From positions 101,246,001 through 101,310,000 of the forward strand of contig NC_079165.1 in assembly GCF_947568905.1 (NCBI RefSeq): a stretch of 64,000 nt of DNA, written 5' to 3'. Below are positions 49,804 to 61,331 of this stretch, piece by piece. Origin of the DNA: Ostrea edulis (taxonomy: Eukaryota). The position numbers were made by a program, and so were the translations under genes. Under the pieces are notes generated by a model that worked only from the letters and a program-made list of their open reading frames with translations, was not told the DNA's origin and did no database searches. How positions within the stretch are numbered: position 1 is the first letter of the stretch; the number at the start of each line of letters is the position of its first letter.

Positions 49804-51970
49804 TCAGTCCTCTGAACGTCCCATGTCTGCATGATCGTTGTTTTCCTGGCGGGCAATCCAATCTCTAACAGAGATTGTTTCTGGCCAAAAGTCAGGTTCC
49901 TGAGTTTATGTTGGCACGGATAACGAAGGTTGGAAATTTCCTGCAAGGAGGTAAATACCATGAATGTTTACGTCTCGATGATCACACCATTCCTTTATGT
50001 CATCTTTCACCTCTTCATAAGATGTTCCTCTTGCCTTAATATTTGCCAAAACAATACGTCTGCTTTTCCGTTTTCCTCGAACGAATGTATAGCCCGTAAA
50101 CGTTGATTTAGATCTGGGGTTTTCTTGTTTTTTATGTACCCGGTTGATGTTTTCTTTTTTGTAGTAATTTTGTGCACTTTCTACTCTCTTTGAGGATGCA
50201 ACGCTTGTATATGTAGTTCGCTGATTCTGAAGATTGCTGTCATCAATGCTATCGTCAGAGTTTGACACTGGAGAATAATAGTTTGGGTCTGTTATAGGTG
50301 CAGACTGGAATGTATAATTAGTCCCAGTCTTTGAATGATCCATGTTGGTATCACAATCATCCTGTGTATTTTCCCTACTGCATGTAGGCCCGGCGTCTTT
50401 GTTGCTGTCCCAAGAGAGTTGTATAGGATCTGCTTGCATGTCCGCATCGTTCGTAGACTTCGCTTGAACTGAAAGACTTGATATTTTCCGAGTCGTCTGT
50501 TGGTTTCTTTGAATTTTCTTAATTTCTCTCATAATATCTGACTTAAGTCCTTTATCTTCTTCACTGTTTTTCAGTCCTTGTTTCAGGTACTTTATTTCCG
50601 ACTTCAGTTGGGATTCTGAGTTAGCTAAACGGCACTTTTCTTCGTTGAATGATGATATCTCTGCTTGAAGTCACTGATTTCTTCGTTGAATGATGATATC
50701 TCTGCTTGAAGTCACTGATTTCTTCGTTGAATGATGATATCTCTGCTTGAAGTCACTGATTTCTTCGTTGAATGATGATATCTCTGCTTGAAGTCACTGA
50801 TTTCTTCGTTGAATGATGATATCTCTGCTTGAAGTCACTGATTTCTTCGTTGAATGATGATATCTCTGCTTGAAGTCACTGATTTCTTCGTTGAATGATG
50901 ATATCTCTGCTTGAAGTCACTGATTTCTTCGTTGAATGATGATATCTCTGCTTGAAGTCACTGATTTCTTCGTTGAATGATGATATCTCTGCTTGAAGTC
51001 ACTGATTTCTTCGTTGAATGATGATATCTCTGCTTGAAGTCACTGATTTCTTCGTTGAATGATGATATCTCTGCTTGAAGTCACTGATTTCTTCGTTGAA
51101 TGATGATATCTCTGCTTGAAGTCACTGATTTCTTCGTTGAATGATGATATCTCTGCTTGAAGTCACTGATTTCTTCGTTGAATGATGATATCTCTGCTTG
51201 AAGTCACTGATTTCTTCGTTGAATGATGATATCTCTGCTTGAAGTCACTGATTTCTTCGTTGAATGATGATATCTCTGCTTGAAGTCACTGATTTCTTCG
51301 TTGAATGATGATATCTCTGCTTGAAGTCACTGATTTCTTCGTTGAATGATGATATCTCTGCTTGAAGTCACTGATTTTCTGTTCGGAGGAGTCATAATTC
51401 ACTGTTCGTCGACTTCAGCTCTGCAACGAAAACCTTTGTGATTTCCTATAATTGTTCTTTTATTGGGTGTAGCTCAGATTTCAGAATTTCCACAATATCC
51501 GAAAACGAAAAGCTTGTTGCGTCATTGTTCACCTGTTTGTCATCTGAATGTAAACTGGTCTCCTGTATATACACACTGTTTTTAAGTCTGTACCTACTCA
51601 TGACTTCCTTTTGAAACTCGCATGTTGAGACAATACCTTCTCCAAATGCGTAGATATAATATACATCTGTAGCATACTTCTCTGAAAGGGATTTTCCTGT
51701 TCTTACTTTTCTACGTTCAGTCAAATATCCTGGTGGAAATTCTTCAAAATTTGCCTCTGCAAAGTCGTACATACCTTTCCGTATCTCATTGATATGTTCA
51801 GGGTTGTCATCATACTTTTCAATGAGGTTCTGCACGAACGTGTCCTTATCATATTGACCAAGATGTTCTTTAATTTCACTGTATATCTCACTTTCAATTT
51901 CCTCTGAGGTTTGGGTACTGTAGACATTGTCATTGTCATCATTACTCTCATTTGCATTTCCTTCCTTCAT
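49804..51970 (-). pseudogene. LINE ORF1 (acidic N-terminus, coiled coil, C-terminal RRM-like domain), disrupted
   Basis: Pieces 51446-51970 and 49906-50532 join through a coiled-coil stretch containing in-frame TAG/TGA codons. It ends in RRIVLANIK... and DFWPETISVRDW, the FWPxxxxxRxW motif of CR1/L2-group ORF1. Confidence 0.8.
50640..51377. repeat. Perfect 18 x 41-bp tandem array inside LINE ORF1
   Basis: Unit GATTTCTTCGTTGAATGATGATATCTCTGCTTGAAGTCACT. TTCGTTGAAT recurs every 41 bp from 50641 to 51338 with no variants seen. Confidence 0.97.
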
Positions 51971-52323
51971 GTTTTGATTTCTTTGGATTTTTCTTGGTTT
52001 AGAATGCGTTTGCTATACTGCATATAACTTTTGGCCAAACCTGTATTTCTAAATCCATCGAGCGAGACTCCTTTACAACTGAAAGTTTCGTCACACCTGA
52101 GTGATTTTGTACGGGTAAACAAGAAACCGGTAACCAGAAGTTCATAAAAACTCCTTCAAAATTATTGCACATGAATAACTGAACCAATAGATGGATTAAG
52201 TAGAAAACAACAAGCAATCGTACCAAATATCAGCTATCAATTCGCCCTGGAAATGTGATTTTCAGAGCCTATATTAGTCCCGGTTCTCACCTGTCCAGCA
52301 TTATCGAGGGGCACCATACAGGA

Positions 52324-52692
52324 TCCTTTCATATACCGGTGTGAAGGCTAATAATCTCCTTCTATATACCGGTGTGAAGGCTAATAATCTCCTTTGATAT
52401 ACCGGTGTGAAGGCTAATAATCTCCTTTAATATGCCGGCGTGAAGGCTAATAATCTCCTTTAATATACCGATGTGAAGGCTAATAATCTCCTTTAATATA
52501 CCGGTGTGAAGGCTAATTATCTCCTTTAATATACCGGTGTGAAGGCTAATAATCTCCTTTAATATACCGGTGTGAAGGCTAATAATCTCCTTTAATATGC
52601 CGGCGTGAAGGCTAATAATCTCCTTTGATATGCCGGTGTGAAGGCTAATAATCTCCTTTATATACCGGTGTGAAGGCTAATAATCTCCTTTA
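52324..52692. repeat. 33-bp minisatellite, right part (11 units)
   Basis: Same unit and orientation as 45748-46187. Confidence 0.97.
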
Positions 52693-53754
52693 AAGCAATA
52701 CAAGCTGTAACTGACGGTATTTTTTCAACTATCGAATTATTCACTAAATAATACATACCGGTATAACTAATATAATCCCCAGGATCTGAAGACAAATTCT
52801 GCAAAATAAACAAGGGAATATTGTTTGAGAGCACACCTACAATGAGCGTTTCGTATAAACCGCCATTGTGTCGTATACACGGACATTGCCGAACATAATC
52901 GGGTTGCTGAGACCGAGGCCATATACAAAGACGGGAACAGATGTGAGTAACTATACGTGTCGTTTGTTTTAAAACATTACGTTGTTTCATCAATGACTAG
53001 AAATACTATGTAAGTGTAAAAAGGTAATAATCACGCAAATGTGCCACTGAAATGAAATTTTGATTGTGAATTTTCTATAAAATTGGCCTGTTTAAAACTG
53101 TTTACAAATCTAACACGTGCTCAGTGCCTCTCTTTCGCTTTTTCCGAACTGGTGAACTCCAAGGTCAATGCACATCGGAGGTTACGAGCAGGAATTACTG
53201 ACAGGATGACAATGATTCATGAATTTACATTTTTTGCTAATTTGATGGGTTTATTGCTTCAGATTCACTTTGATTCTATTAAATTATATATATTCAATCA
53301 CATATATGTTGACTATTTGTTCTTTTATTTTTTAATTTATTTACCGTCAGTTACAGCTTGTATTGCATGTATCTATTTTTGTTTGAGCTATTTTATTATC
53401 AAATACTCATAAACTTACTAAATTTGTGTGTCCCTGCAGTTTGGGTGGTTGCATGACGTCTGGTAATTATCCTTTAGGCAATAAATGTGGCAAGCGATAA
53501 GCATTTGTACCCACCGCGTGAATACGAAAACATGTTTTGCATATCACCGTGTGTAAGAGTTCAACAAAGGGAAATAAGTATTGGGTAACTTGGAAATTGC
53601 ATTTTCGTTGCACGCTTCAAATGAATTGATGATATCTTCAAATGATTAAAAATATATCAATAATTGAGTTTCTGCTGATTTGGCACTTCATACGCTCGAC
53701 CTTTCCATAGCCCAGAAAAGTTTTAAACGTTACACAAGATTGGAGGCGAAATAT

Positions 53755-54517
53755 ATGGAGCGCCAAATTAACATAAACTCAAATAATTGAAGATATCTTC
53801 AATTATTTGAAGCATTAATTCAATTATTGCTCTCTTCAATTCAATTGATGCGCGCATCAATTGAATTAATGAGAGCAATAATAGATTTGATGCGCGCATT
53901 AATTCAATTGTTGCTCTCTTCGATTCAATTGATGATAGCATCAATTTTGTAGAAAAATTGCTCGCAATAATTAATTTAGATCTCGCTATGAATAATTTGA
54001 TGATCTCTTTAATTCAATTTAAGATATCTTTAATTATTTACAATGCTTTTGTATAAGGAATTAATGCGCGCATCAATTCTTTTAAGGAGAGCAACAATTC
54101 AATTAAAGAGATCATTAATTCAATTGTGGATTTGTTGAATTGAAGATATTTTAATCATATAGTTGCTCTCTCTAAAAGAATTATTGCTCTCTTCAAATGA
54201 ATTAAAGATATCATTAATTAAATTGAAGAGAACAATAATTGAATTAATGTGCGCATTAAATCAATTATTGCTCTCATGAAATGAATTAATGCGCTCATCA
54301 ATTCAATTATTGCTCTCATTAATTGATTTAATCCGCGTATTATATCAATTATTGCTCTCTTCAATTAAATTGTAGCACGCATCAATTCAATTGTTTATAT
54401 CATTAATTATTTGAAGAGATTTTTAATCAAATTGTTGCGCGCATCAAATGAATTGATATCTTCAAATAATTGAAGATATCTTCATTTATTTGAGTTTTTG
54501 TTAATTTGGCACTCCAT
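53755..54517. mobile_element. Non-autonomous DNA element with ~55-bp TIRs and an interior of short palindromic sub-repeats
   Basis: TIRs ATGGAGCGCCAAATTAACATAAACTCAAATAATTGAAGATATCTTC / GAAGATATCTTCATTTATTTGAGTTTTTGTTAATTTGGCACTCCAT. The interior is built of TGCTCTCTT, GAGAGCA, TGCGCGCA and CAATTG motifs. Confidence 0.8.
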
Positions 54518-54976
54518 GGAAATCAACTTTATATAGTCCGGATAAGAAATTCACATACAACACATAATATAATGCAATCAAACCTTTCTTGGTACAGTGT
54601 GGAGTAACACGTTTCTGTATTCAGATTCGAGGATTGTATGTCCATATTGCATCTTCAGCTTCAGGGTGCTGATTTGCTAATCGTCTAAACACATATTGTG
54701 ATAATGATAATAAATAATTGTTATCCATGACGGGATATTATTACATATTGCATATGCAAATTACCCAATGTTTTATTTCCTCGTAACACAATCACAAACT
54801 GTTTGTTGCTACAGATTTGAAATGCATGCAATAAAATCAATTCAATTAGTTTGAAATTGAAGTATGAAAAAATGAAAATAATTTTGGTAGATGGGGTAAT
54901 TGGGGTAGATGTTCCTCAGACCTCTGTACATGTACATACCATAGGCACTTGGGGCATGGATCATGATCATTTCACC

Positions 54977-55357
54977 CAGTGACGGATTTAAGGGGGCGCA
55001 GTCGGCGCCCCCACCCACCCCCCCTAAAACTTTCAAATTTAAGGTAAATCGTGGTATCTTGTTTAGAAAAATGTACTAAACGATAAAAGGAGCAATAATT
55101 TCTTCCACTCCCGGAAAAATAAATGACAAAATCTGTTGATTTCTTGAATTACTCTAATTTTTTTCCAAAAACCCTTAAAATTTGCATCATTTTATTAATT
55201 TCACCTTATAAAAAAAACCGATAGAAAATAGTACAAATGACTAAATAGGAGACATATTTCAAGCCTTATAAAATCTGTAAAATCCAGGACCTCCCAGACC
55301 CCCTGCCTCATAAAGTTGCCCTCCCCCCCGTAACCGCAATTCCTTGATCCGCACCTG
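54977..55357. mobile_element. Second copy of the CAGTGGCGGAT MITE
   Basis: Colinear with 21178-21576. TIRs CAGTGACGGATTTAAGG / CCTTGATCCGCACCTG. TSD not clear. Confidence 0.85.
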
Positions 55358-55767
55358 CCGCCACCCCCCTCCCCCTACAACTATTTTTTTTCTGACCTGA
55401 GATATACTTATTTTTCTACTTATGTATTGTAAATATGTATTATTGATCATCCAAAACTGTTATTTTTCGTCTTTGTCATGTAATTAATAAAAATCATGTT
55501 ATCAGTGATTATAAGGTCTTATAGATTAATGTGACTTTTACCAATACGTGACAGAGATGAAAAATAGCAGTTTTCAATTATCTGTAATGCATATTCACAA
55601 AATATAACTAGAAAAAATAAGTATATCCTAGATCAGAAAAAATAGCTTTGGGGGGGGGGGGGGGGGGAGTGGAATGATCATGATCCAATGCCCCAAGTGT
55701 CTGTGGTGCATACCATAGTTTTGATATTCACAGCAATCCTTGTTAATAGATTAATCCTAAGCCATGC

Positions 55768-55840
55768 AGCCTGACTAAAGGCAGCCCCTACTAATTCACT
55801 TCTTTGAAGCGAACTAGTAGGGGCTGGTTTTAGTCAGACT
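55768..55840. repeat. 73-bp imperfect palindrome
   Basis: AGCCTGACTAAAGGCAGCCCCTACTAATTC pairs with GAACTAGTAGGGGCTGGTTTTAGTCAGACT around a 13-nt loop. Confidence 0.85.
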
Positions 55841-56245
55841 GGGCCTAAGCTGAAATATTATTTGTTTCCCCTTCTTGAACAACTGACCTGGAGAAATTGA
55901 CCGGACTCAAAAAAATCTTTCATACAAAACAAAGTTGGTAGGTCAAGCTTGTACAGATCAACTGTGATAAAATCTGATTGTGATTTATCAACAGATTTTA
56001 TTTCTTTTCTTCTTTCTTATGGTGTCTATATACGCATGTTGAAATCAGTGGTGATAGACATTAACAGCTGGGGAAAAAATATCGGTTATTTTCTCCCATA
56101 GTTTATAGCTTACCACGTAATAAAGTCACTATGTATTGCACTAAATCATAAAAACTTTGATTGGAAGGTACAGGCGGTGTGTATTTTTTTTTTTTTAGCG
56201 CTATTAAAAGATTTTCCTATTTGCAGTATAGTAAGCCTATTGATT

Positions 56246-56956
56246 AATCTCGGCTGAGATTCGGCTCAGCTTAATATTTGGACTGACGCCTTCACCGAAT
56301 CTCGGAGCAGTCCTTCATAATTAATGTCTGGAAACTTACTTTCAGCTTCGGCCGGTTCTAGCAATTAATGTGCACTTAGTTGACACTTCTGCTTGCTTCA
56401 GATAAGTGATTTGACTATTAAACCAACTCTGTTTCACTAATAATGCTGCATTACTTACCGTCTAAGTATGTAACTTCCATAAAATAAACTACCACTAAAT
56501 TTTCCGTTCAAAAGAAGACTTTTATGGTGCAATATTTTATCTCCCAAAATTGAATAGTTCCTGTAGTTGTTTTTTTAATTAGCGATGTACAAGTATGTAG
56601 AGATACTATGTATCAGTAATTTGATAAAACAGACTATAGGAACTCTTCAATTTCAGGAGATAAAATATTGCGCCATGGAAGTCTTCATTTGAAATTAGTC
56701 AAAAGTGACTGATTTCATTTTGGGATTTTCATACCTAAACAGTAAGCAATGCAAAATTAATAGTGATAGAAAGTTGGTTTAACAGTCAAATCACTTATCT
56801 GAAGCGAACAGCAGTGTCACCTAAGTGCACATTAATTTCAGGAACCGGCCGAAGCTGCAAGTGAATTTCCAGACATGAATTATGAAGGACTGCTCCGAGA
56901 TTCGGTGAAAGCGTTAAATTCCAAATATTCAACCAAGCCAAACCTCGACCGAGATT
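56246..56956. mobile_element. Foldback element (711 bp) with ~320-bp imperfect inverted arms
   Basis: Arms pair along their length, e.g. CCGAATCTCGGAGCAGTCCTTCATAATT / AATTATGAAGGACTGCTCCGAGATTCGG and CAGATAAGTGATTTGACT / AGTCAAATCACTTATCTG, around a ~65-bp spacer. Confidence 0.85.
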
Positions 56957-57879
56957 TGACTTTTGATGAATTTGATAGCTAGTCAGTAGACTTAGTGATG
57001 ACTAGGTATAACATACCAATCTAGCATTCATTTCCAAGCTAATCCCAACATTTATATTATATATGATGCACTATCCAGGTTTCAATATCATCGATTGCCT
57101 GTTCCATACTACATCGATTACAAATTCACGGATTATGTTTTGATTGGATGGTATTTTAACATTATGAATTTTGCTATGCATATTGTACATTTACAATAAA
57201 TTATTGCAAGATGTGCCGTCGCCAAGTTCAATAATCTCATACGAACGAAACTAATTTTTGATTTAAGGATGTTTGCTACACCAGAGAATGAAAAGTGGAG
57301 GATGTGTACAAAAATATTTTTAAATTGAAAACTTTCAAATATACTTTATTTAGTCGAAAAATGCAGTTTTAGTAGAAAGCAATCTGCCAAAATATTTAAT
57401 GTAGATCGACCCTCGTGTGATGTCATAGGCTTTTGCAAAAGTCTATATTGATTTAAAGTATGCGCATTCGTGATAGAACTATATTTTTCAAAGGAATTCT
57501 ATGCACTAGATAAAATTAAAAAAAAACTTGTAAACTTTTGATGGTGAAAAAGTTTATACTTTCCATAGATAACCAGTTATTTAAAATGGGGAGGGGAGGA
57601 TGTTGTCAAGGACAATGACTCCGGTACTGTTGACATAACAGATTGTCATTTTAACAAGTCTTCTTCTTTCTTTCTTTTTTTATTTTTTTATCTGGTTTTA
57701 TTATTCTGATTTACAAAAAAGTGTCATTTTCTGATGTTGTCCTAAATGCTTCTGTTTTTGTATGTCAGGCATCTTAAAAAAGGTGGCAACAAATACACAT
57801 TTTCTTTGGTTGTTAATTGAATTAAGCTATATTCAGTGGAAATTAATTACGTTTTTTCACTCTAAACCATTGATATTGA

Positions 57880-57965
57880 TAAGTCCCAGCTGCTGGACTC
57901 AAACCCGCAATATAGATCGATCTACAATTCAGTAGTCGACGTGCTAACCTACTGAGCTACTCAGA
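57880..57965 (-). mobile_element. tRNA-derived SINE head / pseudo-tRNA
   Basis: A box TAGCTCAGTAGG and degenerate B box GGTTTGAGTCC; no regular cloverleaf. Confidence 0.55.
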
Positions 57966-58119
57966 TATGTGGTGATTTTTTTTAAAAAGAATAGGCAAAT
58001 ATTGCTGATATTTGTATTTTAATCCTTGTTTTAAAAGGAAGCCAGTAGAGTACCTCCTAATCACATTCAAATTTTCGCTAAGCTGGATCACTCGGTTCAC
58101 TTCGGTAGATTCCGGTGTT

Positions 58120-58209
58120 TGTCGAAGGATTTAATTGGTTTTTCGTCGACCAATCACAGAGACTTCCTCTCCGTACCGAATATTATTGTGGAAGGCAAGA
58201 AAGGTAAGT
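58120..58209 (+). promoter_or_regulatory. Candidate DDX39B promoter and non-coding first exon ending at 58203
   Basis: ATTGG and CCAAT boxes, an ACTTCC (ETS-like) motif, a local CpG-rich patch, and a consensus donor AAG|GTAAGT at 58204. The coding exon is preceded by an acceptor (TATCAG|ACATCATG, exon from 61327), so an upstream exon is expected. Confidence 0.5.
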
Positions 58210-59043
58210 TAAGGGAGAAAAATCCTGTGCAATCCTCTATGTACGTATAGCAGAAACACACGCTAATATTAATCTTGCAACTCCAGCTTGTTTTGTGAAA
58301 TTACATGATATGAATATTTTCAGTATTTCATTCTGATAGGGCCGATTTTTGTGGGGGTTTTTTTCTTCCCGTGAACGAAGCCGAGGCTACTGACGCCATT
58401 GTGTCATTTAGATTATCGTACAATGGAAATTTTATTTATTTGAGTATTAAAGAATCCTTTAAAACCTATTCACGCAATTTGAATTTTCATGTCAGCCCGT
58501 GGTGTACTGCATTTACAATGTCGTACACTAAAGGTGTAATGAAGCTAGAGATCACTGGCTGCATTTATTTGGCAGTCTGTGCGCGTTTTTAAAGATTAAA
58601 AAGAATTGAGAAGGTTCATGTTATAACTCATGAAGTTGATCGACTTTTTTGTTTGCTACAATTTGTTGTGTGTGTTAAACTTTAAGGTTTATTATGAAAT
58701 GACGTGGTTCGAAGATTAAAGCCTTTGCTAGATATAAAGAAATAAACATTGAGTGTCTAATATATTGACTTGTGAAGTAAGCTCGTGTAGTTGGAGAAAG
58801 TTGAGTTTTTAACCAAATCTGTTTTTTAACGGATTGGGAACATTTCCCCTACAGCGAGATATTCTTGCGATAACGCAATTATCCCTCTCTAGCGAGAGTA
58901 AATGTATCTCTTCGTGCTTCAGTGTTACAAGAATGTCAACTTCATAATGACATTTACAAGAATTGTTCAAAATGCCATTTCCAGTTGCTCCATGTTGGGT
59001 CAACTTTTGAGTTCTATTCCCAATCAGTCTTATTTTTCCCTTA

Positions 59044-59437
59044 AATTTGGCAACATATTGAATTGTCGATGGATGGGAAAGCTATTTGATATCACGGGCA
59101 CTGGAAGTTAATGTAAATATATAGTATGTGCATGCATAAAAAAGGAAGGGTTGGACACTCTTTTCGGGTTGGTGTAAAAACATCTTTTTCTTCGAATGAA
59201 TGGCATTGGAACGAAACGAAACTCTACAGATATTGAAAGTAAGGCATGTGTGAACGATTCATCGTGTCAGGCCGTTTGAGAAACGTCCACAATAACCCAA
59301 ACCCGAATTTGCCTCAAAGAGAGTGTCCTACCCTTCCTTTTTTATACATGCACATACTATATATTTACATTAACTTCCAGTGCCCGTGATATCAAATAGC
59401 TTTCCCATCCATCGACAATTCAATATGTTGCCAAATT
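59044..59437. mobile_element. Young long-TIR element: ~118-bp near-perfect inverted repeats around a ~155-bp spacer
   Basis: 59044-~59161 and ~59320-59437 are reverse complements with two mismatches seen. Confidence 0.9.
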
Positions 59438-61331
59438 GTTGGTTATTGTTGGGCCTTGTAAGAAATTGAGTAATCCCCAATATGAATAAACATATCTGTC
59501 CCATTTGTTGGAGAGAGAAAAAAGGAAACAAATAATTGATATAATAAGAACGCTCTTTTTGAAGAAGAAAAAAAAAACAGCAAATACAATAAAAGAACAT
59601 ATGTAAAGAGTTATAGCTCAAGTGTAAAGAAAAATGGTCTTGGCGAACATTTGACAGAGGGAAAGTAATATTGGAAAACATTTCTGAACATTGCTATAAT
59701 GAGATGTATCTTCTTTTTAAAAAAAATGACTGATGATATTGGCAGTCTTTATTTTAAGCAAAAGGTGTGACAAAAAGTGAGGTTTTGATAGGACAAGCAG
59801 TTTTATTGTTACCTGTCTGAAGACAACTGAAATTAAGGTAGCTCCATCCTTGTGTGACTTGTCAATATTAATGGTTGAAAGTGTAAAAACTATTAATTTC
59901 CACTCGGTGTAGTTTGATTTAATTACCAAAGAAAATGTAAGGTGCCACCTTTTTCAATATGTTACCAAAATAGAAGAAATGTTAACAACAGAAAATCACA
60001 CATTTTCATAAAACTTAAAAAAATCTTGTTAAAATGAAAATTTTTTAAAGTCTACAATATAGAAGAACTGCTAATTTATAAATATGTATAAATGAATTGT
60101 GGATATTTTCAATCTTCATGAAAGCATTTAAAACTTACTGGCCCCCTAAATTTTCATATGTTTATCACATACATTATGGAATGCATTGTAAAATTGTACA
60201 ATTAATTTACTGAAACTATGGTTATTATTCGTATTCATATCCACCCTAAGACATCCTTTCTGTCGATACCAGAAAAACAACACCGTACACAGTATTTTCT
60301 CTCTCTTTCTTCGCCCGCAAACAACAAGACTACAAATTCACGTATTTTTCACAAACATGAAAACAGCCCAGGTGCACCTTAGGAAGTAGCCTTCTCTACT
60401 AACATCAAATGTAAATGATTGATAAATTCTATAAACTATAGAAATTGCATACAATCGGGGATAACTGCAATTGTCGAAGTTCATTTTAATTGGATAATAC
60501 AATAAAGCAGAAGTTACCGGTGTGAAGTGCAATACAGAACGCGACCATTTTTGTTGTTTCAACAAGTTGTTCGTTTAATATTCACGTGATCAATGTACAA
60601 GTTATCTTGACATTTACAAGTATAGTTACCGTTTGTTTTTTTTTTACGAAATAAACAAACCACGATGTCCAAACACTTACTCTGTGATTTATTTTTTATT
60701 TTTATTTTCATGGTAAATTTAAGCAAATAAGACGTTTCGAATATCTTAATCCAACATTATGTTTAATGTGACTTACAAAAAGTCTACAAGCCCATCGGAC
60801 TTTCTGATTTTTAATTTTCACTGACCCGACCGTAAAATTCACTGGCCTCGGTCTTCGGACCACTGAATTTTCGTGAAGACTGTAATTATGGAAATCATTG
60901 TATGATATAGTAGAGGAAATACTAGCATAGGAGTTACTGCCCTTGAAAATTTTGATAAATCAATAATTCATCATCTATGGAAAAGATAAACTTTTTCACT
61001 ATCAATAGTTTGCCAGATATTTTATTTTATCCAGTGAATACAATTCCTCTGAAAGATATGTTTCAATCATGCTCATAGTATGATTTATTAAAGAATTTTG
61101 TCTATGACATCACATGAGGATCGATCTACCTTAAATTCAATTTGTCCATACTTGCGATTTCAAGAGATAATTTGGTTACAATATATATTGAATAATGCAA
61201 CATCGAGAAAAGTTTTCAAATTAACTGAAATACTAATTCACTTTGACAATGTGCTCAATATTTCGTAATTTTTCAAATATTTGGAAGTGACTACTTTCCT
61301 CAAGTGTTGAAATTTTTTTTTATCAGACATC

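Larger units (their letters stand above)
46188..52323 (-). mobile_element. Near full-length (~6.1 kb) inactive APE-RT non-LTR retrotransposon (CR1/L2/RTEX-like group) inserted in the 33-bp minisatellite
   Basis: 5' UTR, ORF1, ORF2 (APE, RT, C-terminal Cys/His), AATAAA and a short (TATCT)n tail. The same minisatellite flanks both sides in the same orientation, with an apparent 10-bp duplication TCCTTT(A/C)ATA. Confidence 0.9.

Noticed and set aside
45748-52692. 33-bp and 41-bp arrays as CRISPR
   Set aside because: Units are head-to-tail with no unique spacers, there are no cas genes, and the context is eukaryotic.
60515-60527. Isolated 13-bp match TACCGGTGTGAAG to the 33-bp minisatellite unit
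   Set aside because: A single short match with no flanking similarity; chance cannot be excluded.
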